Virus record (IMG/VR): IMGVR_UViG_3300027887_000007 | Location: 1 to 64,000 of that record | Direction: 5' to 3' (one strand) | Length of the DNA: 64,000 nt | Source: a virus | In this document: positions 55,712 to 64,000 of the stretch, piece after piece | Numbering within the stretch: position 1 is the stretch's first letter | Layout: each line of letters opens with the position of its first letter | Notes under the pieces: model-generated | Seen by the model: only the letters and a program-made list of their open reading frames with translations | What the model was told of the DNA's origin: nothing | Databases searched by the model: none | Position numbers and translations under genes: made by a program

Positions 55712-56023
55712 CTATGGCGTTGGCGTCGGGAGAGGGGCTTTTCCGCCCTTCATGAGGTTGTCCCTGATAGCCTCTGCCGCCTCCTTGCTCTTGATGTATT
55801 CCTTCGTGACGAATTCGGTTGACGCCGCGGTCTGCTGGTTCGCCGGCCCGTTCAGGATCTTGTGACCCCCCATGTCCATGTTGTTGTGCTGGACGACCGG
55901 TCCGTTCATCGAGTCTATCTTCTCGATTGCCTCGAAGATCCTCTTCAGAATGAAGTTGAGCCTCTCCCATTTGATCCCGTCGGAACCCTTGGGGTCGTAG
56001 GATATCTGGTAGTACTCTGACAT
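55712..56023 (-). CDS. virion protein
   Basis: MDMGGHKILN...AASTEFV motif seen in tail proteins; GGAGG RBS. Confidence 0.65.
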   Translation of the reverse strand: MSEYYQISYDPKGSDGIKWERLNFILKRIFEAIEKIDSMNGPVVQHNNMDMGGHKILNGPANQQTAASTEFVTKEYIKSKEAAEAIRDNLMKGGKAPLPTPTP

Positions 56024-56030
56024 AACCCTC

Positions 56031-59000
56031 CTAGTACGTCTGCGGCGGCATCATCTTTTCCTTCCGGTAGCCGTCCTCTGTGTTGACGTCTTTCAGCTCG
56101 ATGTCGCTCTTCTCCCAGTGCAGCTCGAAGGCGAACGGAGACGTGAACACGAACCGGAATAGTCGCCCCTTCAGGCCCGCTTTGAAGTCAAGCCGGCGCT
56201 TGGTGAACGACCGCACGAAGACTTGCTCCATGGGAATCGTCAGGTTCATCCTAAGTTCGTTGTCCACGTACACATCGAGGTTAACGTCCCCATCCGGGTT
56301 GAGCATGGCGACCCACAGGCGCCGAAGAACCTTGAGCCTGTCGAAGCTCATTACCTGTTCCCACGAATCGGATATCGTGGTGTCAGGAACCATTTGGTCA
56401 GTGGCGAACGACTCCCCGTAGTACCTGAAACACAGTGGCAGGCAGCACTCCGGATCCAGAAACGACTCATCCACCGTCAGGCGCCCGAGCTTCCCGAACA
56501 GGTCCCGGTCAAACGACTGCAGGAACCGCAGCCGCTTCTCTGTCCGTACGGTGAATTCCTGCACGATCACGCCGTCGAGCCAGAAGTAGAACTGAACCGG
56601 CCGGTTCTCCGTGTCGATGTCGATCTGGACGTGTTTCCAGAGCTTACGGAACGGGAAGCCGTTGTCCTGCCAAGGCAACTGCAGGGTATTGATGCAGGGC
56701 GGCTCTGGGATGACCTGAAATTCGTAGTCGTAGACCTTGACCTCGTTGTCCGCAAACGGGACCACCTTGAGCCGGGCCAGCGTCCCCCGGATGTCCGGGT
56801 GCAGGCCGTAGTAGATTTTCGTCTGTCCGTCCGCATTGAGTCCCTGAGTCAAGACCTGGGCGACTGCCTGGTCGATCTGAACCTCGATTGATTCTAGGTC
56901 CAGCCCGAACGTGTCCATCTCGATCCACAGTTCGCGGAAGAACTTAGGACCCGGTTTCCCTTGATCCGACCAGTCCGTGACGAAGGTCTTGTGCCGAGGC
57001 GGCTCGATGAAGAATCTGTGGACTACCTTGTAGAGCCGTATCGAAGAAGTGGCGTCGACGGCCTGTCTCGCTAGGATCCTGATCGAGGCGCGGGTGGCAA
57101 GCTTGCTGTCACCTTCTCCCAGCAAGATCGGCAGAACCGTACGCTCGCGCCCATTCGTCCTGCAGATCCCAATCGGCTCGTGGGCGGCAGTCTTCGCCTC
57201 TTCCCCGGTCAGGTCGAAGCCCATCTGCACTGTGATCGGGGTGCCTTGCGTGTCGGCATCGACGACTATGTCGATGAAGCGCTTTTCCTGATCCGGCATC
57301 CCGAGGTCGTACTCACGGGTATCTAGGGCCCAGAAGATCCCGCGGTTTCCGACCGGCTCGCTGAGCTGGTCAACGTACCCGTCCTCTAGGTGGAGCGGCC
57401 AGATACCGCCGTAAGCCGCATTGTATGGACGGTTATCGACTATTCCCTCCCATTCGTACAGCTCGCCTCCTACGAGGAAGTTGTTCTCCGGCTCGGTGAA
57501 CAGGCAGGAGCAACCGTACAGGTACCAGTGCCACCTTTCGTAGATCGTATCCCAGACGAGGGTGCAGTCCGGGGTGGTCGACGGGTCTGAGGTCGAGCAG
57601 TAGCTAAAGTACAGCTTGTTGTCCCAGAACCCCATGCACCCCTCTGACTCCCTTCCCGGGTAGATCGGGGGGATTTCGTTGGTCGTTTTGACCAACGGCT
57701 GCGGGGGGGCGGGGACAATGCTCAGGTCGATCTCGCCGAAGAATATCTGGTTGATCGGCTCGCTGATCTTGCGGCCGGATGGGAACTCATAGATCCCATC
57801 GTAGGCCTGCATGAACAGAGCCCGAGTTCCCTTGGCCAGCCCAAAGGGATTCTTCAGGCCTTGGTTGACCGCGGTTGAAACCGCACGGTAGTTTCCAGCA
57901 GATCCAACTACCCGGTAGACTTGAGTCAGGGTGAAAACGAGCAACTCTCCGTCATGTTCCTTGACGCGCTGGATCTTCTCCGACCCGGTCCCAACGTAGA
58001 TGTAGTTCGCGGCCGGGAAATGCTCCACATCGACGTTCTTTGAAAAACGCAGCCGGTTGGGCGGCTCCGGAATCTCAACCGGGTATCCGTCCAGCCCGGT
58101 AGCTATCATCGACCCGCCCCACGTCCAAAGGCGGTTATCAAACAGTTCGACCCCGCGAACCTCGTCTGGGGGCAGCTGGTTGTCGAGATCGGCAAGGTCT
58201 CCGAGCAGGCTGTCCGGAATGTTGTCGTCGTAGGGGTCCGGAATGGTTGTATCGCCTAGGGTCCCTACATACGGAATGCTGTCGACGAGCTGGAACTGCT
58301 GAACCGTCCCCCCCATGCGATACAACCGGATGTAGTCCGGTGCGGCTGCGGGAGCGTCAGTGGCAGCCGTTTGGGGGAAGACTATCTGAAACTGGGCGTA
58401 TTCTGCCGGCGCGTTGTAGGGAGTCGCGGCTACCGGGGACAGGTCACTCTCTGTGTTTGTCGCCGAGTTGTAATAGGTGTAGGCCCAGATCAGATTCTCT
58501 CCGAACAGCTTCCCGGTCGTCAGGACAGAGCAATCGTCGAGGTACACCGTCCCATCTGCTGAGGGCGAGTCTACAAGCCGCACAGTGACTCGCATCGCCG
58601 TCACTGTGTCCCAGTTGAGCTCCGGGTGATCGGCTTCCTTGGTCCCTACCCGGCCGAAGTCATCCTTTCGGATCCGGTACCCCTGCCACACACCGACGCC
58701 AGCCTGCATCGTTTTTGGCTGGCCAAGGGAGTAATCGTTGAAAGCATCCTGATTGGTCTCGGGATAGCTTTCAGCGTAAGCCGAGTCTGAGTAATCTGGG
58801 GAGCGGTACTTTGACTGAGTGTAACCGTAGGTAGTCTGAGCTCCGTCGACCGAGTCAACGTAGCCAGTGTCGCTTGACGGCTGAGCCGCGGCCGTCAACG
58901 CGCTGGTAGCTACTGCCTTCTCATAGCAGGTGGAAAATGAATCGTCACCCGCAACTAGACTCAACCCGAACGAGATGACGATTTCTTTGACATTGAGCGC

Positions 59001-59789
59001 ATCCGCCTCGGTGGGAAACTGGAACCAGAACTCGATGGCTTCGGATCTGTCGTTGTTCCCCAACTCCATGACGTATTCATTGGGGTAGTTGTTCGGGTCG
59101 ATCATTGTGATCGTGGCGTACCCGACCTTTGTCCCAGATGCGATTGTGAACGACACTCCCTGACTGTCATCTCTGATGCCATTTGCCACCGCGTCTAGGG
59201 TGGCATCATTAGCCGTCCACGCATCGTGATCCTCGAAGTCAGCAATCCGGGTGTAGGCATTCGCTAATGTCAGTACGGTGACCGCCTCTGTTGGTGCGGG
59301 TATTCCGATCCTTCTGCCGGCGGCTTTACCGCCCGGATGCTTCAGGAACTTCTTCCCGTCCGCCATGAAGACATAGGGCTTGCTCTCAAACCCAGAGAGC
59401 GTGTAGTTTGCGAAGAATGCCCGGGGATCCGTGTCGTCCGACAGTGAGCCGCCACCCGGTATCTCGGAGAAGTCGGTCCCGAGCGCCACCGGCCATACGT
59501 CTTCGTCGTTAGGGTCGATGACGGGGGCAACCCACCACTCCCTGTTGGCGATTGCGTAGCGCCACTGGCGACCGTCTCCATCTCTCAGGAAAAACAACGA
59601 GTGGGGGCCAGTGGAGAGACCACCGTTTAGGCGGGAGAATCCCTTGCGGACCGAGATCGAGTTCTCCCGATCGGTTACGACGTTGACCAAGGCCTTGTAG
59701 CCGGTCAGGGGAAGTTCGTCCGGAATGTTGCGTAGGACAATCCCGGTGTTACCAAAGGTGATTGGTACCTGCTTCATCTCCTGTGGCAT
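56031..59789 (-). CDS. tail nozzle / DNA stabilisation protein (P22 gp10/T7 gp12-like role)
   Basis: 1252 aa beta-rich; ISVRKG, YTYYNS..ES..SP, RLYR, NRLRFSK..EHFP, KISEPI; follows the adaptor genes. Confidence 0.7.
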   Translation of the reverse strand: MPQEMKQVPITFGNTGIVLRNIPDELPLTGYKALVNVVTDRENSISVRKGFSRLNGGLSTGPHSLFFLRDGDGRQWRYAIANREWWVAPVIDPNDEDVWPVALGTDFSEIPGGGSLSDDTDPRAFFANYTLSGFESKPYVFMADGKKFLKHPGGKAAGRRIGIPAPTEAVTVLTLANAYTRIADFEDHDAWTANDATLDAVANGIRDDSQGVSFTIASGTKVGYATITMIDPNNYPNEYVMELGNNDRSEAIEFWFQFPTEADALNVKEIVISFGLSLVAGDDSFSTCYEKAVATSALTAAAQPSSDTGYVDSVDGAQTTYGYTQSKYRSPDYSDSAYAESYPETNQDAFNDYSLGQPKTMQAGVGVWQGYRIRKDDFGRVGTKEADHPELNWDTVTAMRVTVRLVDSPSADGTVYLDDCSVLTTGKLFGENLIWAYTYYNSATNTESDLSPVAATPYNAPAEYAQFQIVFPQTAATDAPAAAPDYIRLYRMGGTVQQFQLVDSIPYVGTLGDTTIPDPYDDNIPDSLLGDLADLDNQLPPDEVRGVELFDNRLWTWGGSMIATGLDGYPVEIPEPPNRLRFSKNVDVEHFPAANYIYVGTGSEKIQRVKEHDGELLVFTLTQVYRVVGSAGNYRAVSTAVNQGLKNPFGLAKGTRALFMQAYDGIYEFPSGRKISEPINQIFFGEIDLSIVPAPPQPLVKTTNEIPPIYPGRESEGCMGFWDNKLYFSYCSTSDPSTTPDCTLVWDTIYERWHWYLYGCSCLFTEPENNFLVGGELYEWEGIVDNRPYNAAYGGIWPLHLEDGYVDQLSEPVGNRGIFWALDTREYDLGMPDQEKRFIDIVVDADTQGTPITVQMGFDLTGEEAKTAAHEPIGICRTNGRERTVLPILLGEGDSKLATRASIRILARQAVDATSSIRLYKVVHRFFIEPPRHKTFVTDWSDQGKPGPKFFRELWIEMDTFGLDLESIEVQIDQAVAQVLTQGLNADGQTKIYYGLHPDIRGTLARLKVVPFADNEVKVYDYEFQVIPEPPCINTLQLPWQDNGFPFRKLWKHVQIDIDTENRPVQFYFWLDGVIVQEFTVRTEKRLRFLQSFDRDLFGKLGRLTVDESFLDPECCLPLCFRYYGESFATDQMVPDTTISDSWEQVMSFDRLKVLRRLWVAMLNPDGDVNLDVYVDNELRMNLTIPMEQVFVRSFTKRRLDFKAGLKGRLFRFVFTSPFAFELHWEKSDIELKDVNTEDGYRKEKMMPPQTY

Positions 59790-59790
59790 C

Positions 59791-60432
59791 TTACGCTCCC
59801 GGGAAGTCCGTTACCGGAGTGCCGTAGATCAGGCGCTTCGCCAGCTGCACCCCGACGATATACCTCGCATGGGCGTACGCGGCTCTGGCGAGGTCTTGGT
59901 TGTCTCCGTCCCTTGCCAGCGCCAATGCTATCACCTCCCATCGGATGTACGGTTCCCAAGGGTCGGCCACAGCGATCAGTTCGTTGAGGTCGTGGCTATG
60001 CTCGTCTGGGATCAGATCGTAGAAGACTCTGTAGGTGCCTCCTGCTGCCGGGATCTTGTCGAATTCCCATTGCACGATCGGCAGATGGTCCTCGTGGTAG
60101 TACCGCGGGTGACCGACTGTGTTGCTCCTCCAGTCGGGATCCTCTCGCTCGAGATCCCATGACGTTACCCGACGGAGACGCTTGCGGTCGAACGAAAGCC
60201 TCTCGATATCACCCATTTGCGCCGTCTTCGTGACCAGAGGGGAACTTCCACCCGGGAGTACAACCGTATCATCCTCTTTGATGATGCCGGTCTGCCGCAA
60301 GAAATCCCGTTCGGCATGGGTGACGTACTCGATCATCTCCTGCTGTGTCCAGACTCCGGCCCCGAAGTTCTCGTCCTCCTCTTGGAGATCGAGAGCAACC
60401 CGCTGCAGCAATTCCCTGACCGTGGTCGCCAT
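59791..60432 (-). CDS. head-tail adaptor (DUF6682-like)
   Basis: WTQQEMIEYV..AER, LEREDPDWR, P.YY. Confidence 0.7.
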   Translation of the reverse strand: MATTVRELLQRVALDLQEEDENFGAGVWTQQEMIEYVTHAERDFLRQTGIIKEDDTVVLPGGSSPLVTKTAQMGDIERLSFDRKRLRRVTSWDLEREDPDWRSNTVGHPRYYHEDHLPIVQWEFDKIPAAGGTYRVFYDLIPDEHSHDLNELIAVADPWEPYIRWEVIALALARDGDNQDLARAAYAHARYIVGVQLAKRLIYGTPVTDFPGA

Positions 60433-61113
60433 TTACTGTTTCGTCCCCTCTTGCGCCCCGCGCCTCAGGGTAGACTCCGAGGTTACGGCCTCCCTGACAT
60501 CCCACGATGGGAAGCTCCTCAGCACGTTGCGGCCGGAGAGCTGCTGGACAACTTCAATGAACCGGATGTAGAAGGAACCGCCTTGCTGAAACTCCGCACC
60601 GCCCTCTTTGAACATCGCCCGAGATACGATGTAGTCCTCCAAGGCCCTTTCGTACTCAGGCCGGCACGGGAGGGGAAGCCCATCGTCATACACGCGATCG
60701 TACTCTGCCAGACCCTCGACGTAGACAGTCCCGGCCAGTAGCGGGCGCGGGTAGATCAGAATCTTGTTCAAGCCCAACGATGACCAACTGCGGATGTCCC
60801 TCCTCACCTCGTTCGCAGCTTCCCAGTCGGCTTCGTTGTCCATTGCGTCGACCGGCTGGCGGTGCAGGTAGTGGCTTCCGTGGCGGGCTGATACCGGGGA
60901 GATGATTCCTTCCGGAAGATCGTAGACGTTCTCTGCGTTGGTTACGTCAACCTCGAAAGTATCCTGACTGTCGAAGGCGATCAGGTTGAGTTCGTTCAGG
61001 GCGTCGTTGAGGAATACGACAAGCTCGTCCCTCGTCCATCGGACCGGGGCTTCTGGTAGAAGTTCGTTAAGGCGCCGGAGCGCCTGGTCGATCAGCTCTC
61101 TCGATGTCGCCAT
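60433..61113 (-). CDS. head-tail adaptor (DUF6682-like), paralog
   Basis: RWTRDELVVFLNDA, YDLP, IYPRP, ALEDYIVSRAMFKE. Confidence 0.75.
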   Translation of the reverse strand: MATSRELIDQALRRLNELLPEAPVRWTRDELVVFLNDALNELNLIAFDSQDTFEVDVTNAENVYDLPEGIISPVSARHGSHYLHRQPVDAMDNEADWEAANEVRRDIRSWSSLGLNKILIYPRPLLAGTVYVEGLAEYDRVYDDGLPLPCRPEYERALEDYIVSRAMFKEGGAEFQQGGSFYIRFIEVVQQLSGRNVLRSFPSWDVREAVTSESTLRRGAQEGTKQ

Positions 61114-61119
61114 GATCCA

Positions 61120-61479
61120 CTAGCTCGTCCTCAGCGTGACGTCCGGGTAAACGACTAGGTATCCAGACGCGAGCGTGTAAATGCTTCCCTGTGAGGTGAC
61201 CATCTGGCAATCCCATAGAAGCTGGTGCTTCCCGTTCGTCAGACTGGAGGTATCCGTGGGGGATATCGTCACTGTGAAACGCCCGTTGACCGCAGACGTC
61301 ACCGATATTCCGCTGCCGATCGACTTCTGGAACACCGCGGAGCCGTCTTCGTCGGTGTAGTTCCACTTGGCGGTGAAGTAGATGGCTGCCCCCGTGATGT
61401 CGTAGACCGCCCCGTTGGCGACGACCGAAGCCAGAAGGCTGACCGTGTCTCCGCGATACATCGTAAACGTATTGGACAT
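61120..61479 (-). CDS. BppU N-terminal-like structural protein
   Basis: YRGDT..YDITGA..FTAK..G.FTVTISPTDT..WDCQ..G. Confidence 0.7.
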   Translation of the reverse strand: MSNTFTMYRGDTVSLLASVVANGAVYDITGAAIYFTAKWNYTDEDGSAVFQKSIGSGISVTSAVNGRFTVTISPTDTSSLTNGKHQLLWDCQMVTSQGSIYTLASGYLVVYPDVTLRTS

Positions 61480-61483
61480 TTCT

Positions 61484-61966
61484 TCACCTTAGCTGAAATC
61501 TGATCGTAGCGGTTGGCGGCGACTCCTTCGTGAATGTGGCTGTCGGCACACCGAATCCCGTGTCAAACGGAACGCATACGGCATCTCCCCCTCCGGGCTC
61601 ACCGGGCTCCGGAGGCTCTTCCCCGGTCGGCTGGACCGTCGCGGAGGTTTCGGGGACCACCCTTACCTGAAAGACGCTCGTCACTACCAGTGTCGTCGGC
61701 GGCTCTGTGGTACCCCAGATGATGACCCCCGCCGTCTGCGAGACGAGCATCAGCGGGTTGTCGCCCTGCACCGCAGCTACTCCGGCCTGTGAGATAAATT
61801 TAGTCGGGTCGTCGCCGTGGATTACTGACGCGCCCAATACCGTATTCCTGACGACTGGGTCATCTCCCTGAATGAGGGAGAGACCGTCCGTCGTGAATCT
61901 TGCTACGGCATTGCCGCCGGAGAGGAAGATCGCGCCGGCTTTGAGGATCCGATTTATCTCGGCCAT
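61484..61966 (-). CDS. tail-associated hypothetical protein
   Basis: Three short xGDDP/xGDNP repeats. Confidence 0.6.
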   Translation of the reverse strand: MAEINRILKAGAIFLSGGNAVARFTTDGLSLIQGDDPVVRNTVLGASVIHGDDPTKFISQAGVAAVQGDNPLMLVSQTAGVIIWGTTEPPTTLVVTSVFQVRVVPETSATVQPTGEEPPEPGEPGGGDAVCVPFDTGFGVPTATFTKESPPTATIRFQLR

Positions 61967-61968
61967 AG

Positions 61969-63081
61969 TCAGCTTGCCAACTGGTACCCAAGCTCAACAT
62001 CGTTGGCTTGAGCAACCGTAAAGGGCGATCCCGTTACTGGATCGACGTATAGGAACGACTGGCGCCACAAGAATTCGACGTCGTAAGCGCTCTCGTTGTC
62101 GCCATAGGAGTCCGTTGCAGACCTACGGGCGACAACCTTCAATCCGTGCGGGAGAGAATCCAGCTTTTTCCCCTCAACGCTGATGCCAAGGGCCCTGACG
62201 CTGGTCAAAGCATTCGTGATCACGGCCCCGCCATAGGTGAACGTATCCTTGTTGCCTACGGTATCTGCCGAGTTGTATGAGTTGCTTCCTCCGGTCGACC
62301 AGTCAACCGGGCTCTCGTTGACCATCGCGTAATTGTCCGTACCCTCGAACGGCGTAAAATCGGAGTAGAATCCGTCCGCCACCGGAGCGACCTCGAGGAC
62401 CTTGAGGTCCCCTATGAAGCTCTTCATGTAGGTTCCGGTGGCATCCATGATCACGACGTCGTCAAGAAGGTGGTAGTCGACCGCAGTCGGCCAGCCCATC
62501 GAAATCGGCCCGGTGAAGGTCCCGCCGAACCTAATCTCGTCGATGATCGCACTGGTCCCGGGAACGGCTGAAATGAAGTTTCCCGTTCCAGACCAGTGTA
62601 TTACTCCGTCTATCCGACACTCCAACCAACCGGTGCCGGATCCTCCAACCGTGAAGTCGACTTCGACCCAATGCCAAGTCTGCTCTGAAAACTCGTGTGT
62701 GCCGTGACCGACTAGAACATTGCCGCCGTCGTAGATAAGGATGTTCTTGTTGACAACGTGGACTCCGGCGTGACGGTTGTTGTAGTTCCAGAAGTCGACG
62801 AGCGCCATCTCTCCGGTGCCGTCGGTTTTGATCCACCGTCCGCATCCGACGATAACCCTCGGTAATCCTCCGAATCCGGCGAGTTCAAGACACCCGCTGC
62901 CTGTCATCTTCAGGCAGCTTCCGATGCCATGCCGAGCGTAGTCTGCCCCTTCGACACTGAAGTTGCCGGAGGAAACCCAGTAGTAGCCGTTATAGAAGCG
63001 AGCGTACAGACCCCACGAGGCGGTGGCACCAAGATCGTTATCGTCAGTCAACTCAAAGCCGACAGCCCGAACGACAGCCAT
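61969..63081 (-). CDS. tail-associated beta-sandwich protein (lectin-like)
   Basis: TWHWVE..RIDG..DDVVIMD; paralog of the neighbouring gene. Confidence 0.65.
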   Translation of the reverse strand: MAVVRAVGFELTDDNDLGATASWGLYARFYNGYYWVSSGNFSVEGADYARHGIGSCLKMTGSGCLELAGFGGLPRVIVGCGRWIKTDGTGEMALVDFWNYNNRHAGVHVVNKNILIYDGGNVLVGHGTHEFSEQTWHWVEVDFTVGGSGTGWLECRIDGVIHWSGTGNFISAVPGTSAIIDEIRFGGTFTGPISMGWPTAVDYHLLDDVVIMDATGTYMKSFIGDLKVLEVAPVADGFYSDFTPFEGTDNYAMVNESPVDWSTGGSNSYNSADTVGNKDTFTYGGAVITNALTSVRALGISVEGKKLDSLPHGLKVVARRSATDSYGDNESAYDVEFLWRQSFLYVDPVTGSPFTVAQANDVELGYQLAS

Positions 63082-63089
63082 GGTTCCCC

Positions 63090-64000
63090 CTACGAGTTGA
63101 TCTTGTAGCCGAACTCCGCGGCATTCACCGCTGAGCGGGTAAACGGATATCCCGTATTCGGATCAACGTAGATGAGAGATTCGAGCCAGTTATAGGAGCT
63201 CGGCACTGGAACGACTGACCCGACTCCGTCGACTCCGGAAGACCGGCAGATGCCGACGAAGGTGTGACCACCACCGTCGATACAGCGAGCGTAGGCGGTG
63301 CAGCCAACCGCCGCGATCGTGGTGTTCGGGTTGGTGAGCGGGGTTCCGAATGTGAAGGTATCCTTGTCTCCGACGGTCTGCGAAGAGTTGTAGGTTGTGT
63401 CGTCGTCCGGAGGGACCTCATTGACCATCTCGAAATGGTCGGTCCCAGAGAGCGGGGTGAACTGCGTGTAGTATCCGTCCGCGGTTGGGGAGAACTCACT
63501 GACCTTCCGGTCGCCGATGAAGTCGTTACAGTAAGTTCCCGTCGTGTCCATCACGATCAGGTCATCCCACTGTTGCAGCGTGACGCCTACGGGATTGGCG
63601 TCGGATAGGGCGCCATTCCTCTGACCGCCGATCGCCCATCCGTCCGCGCCCGCCGTCGTCGACGTGATCGTGTTGATACCGGTCAGCGAAAGAATAACCT
63701 GCTCGTCGACTCGCATGACGATTGAGCCGGTCGTTCCATGGAAAACGACCTTGATCTCAATCCAATGCCAAGTCGACTGGCTGACCTCGGTACTCGCCGT
63801 TCCCAGCAGGGTCCCGTTGCCACGGTAGGCTTTCACTGTACGGTTCAGAACCCGGATGTAGCACTGGATCGTCGTGCCGTCGAAGAACTCCGCAATGTTG
63901 ACGTCGGTTACCGTGTTGTCGGTCAGGTAGTAGCCGAAAGACAGAATCATCGTCCCAAGGCTTGCGCCAATCCCGTCGCGGATCTCGCACCCACCGCCCG
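63090..64000 (-). CDS. tail-associated beta-sandwich protein, paralog (5' end outside window)
   Basis: Frame is open to the window edge; shares TWHWIE, DDLIVMD, FIGD, ADGYY..FTP..GTD..MVNE and GDKDTF with 61969-63081. Confidence 0.7.
   Translation of the reverse strand, partial: GGGCEIRDGIGASLGTMILSFGYYLTDNTVTDVNIAEFFDGTTIQCYIRVLNRTVKAYRGNGTLLGTASTEVSQSTWHWIEIKVVFHGTTGSIVMRVDEQVILSLTGINTITSTTAGADGWAIGGQRNGALSDANPVGVTLQQWDDLIVMDTTGTYCNDFIGDRKVSEFSPTADGYYTQFTPLSGTDHFEMVNEVPPDDDTTYNSSQTVGDKDTFTFGTPLTNPNTTIAAVGCTAYARCIDGGGHTFVGICRSSGVDGVGSVVPVPSSYNWLESLIYVDPNTGYPFTRSAVNAAEFGYKINS

Overview
The window is about 64 kb of one GC-rich tailed-phage genome (podovirus-like, probably with a Gram-negative host), with no host housekeeping genes. 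From left to right: (1) an early region of about 30 small + strand genes (511-11767) behind two sigma70-type promoters, where intergenic GC hairpins are followed by a conserved GAAAGAGAGACC-ATG leader; (2) an HTH/TerS-like gene, a catalytic-domain-only tyrosine recombinase and an initiator tRNA-fMet; (3) an 8-gene operon of 5 glycosyltransferases, a radical SAM enzyme and 2 methyltransferases; (4) a minus-strand replication/recombination operon (RusA, DnaB, DnaC-like loader, initiator with internal iterons, HNH, SSB, SbcCD, putative annealing protein); (5) a lysis cassette with a receiver-domain gene; (6) a 5952-aa polyvalent protein and virion/tail genes running off the right edge. The top finding lies inside the replication operon. 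Two non-coding arrays of GGC-NN pentamers (27 and 15 units), each ending in the same 20-nt hairpin terminus, sit directly upstream of a stand-alone RAMP/Cas7-like gene. This is a candidate phage RNA-guided system in which the variable dinucleotides carry the guide information. The second finding is a candidate sRNA just after the tRNA that is antisense to the conserved early-gene ribosome-binding leader. All protein calls are by motif recognition; no database searches were run.
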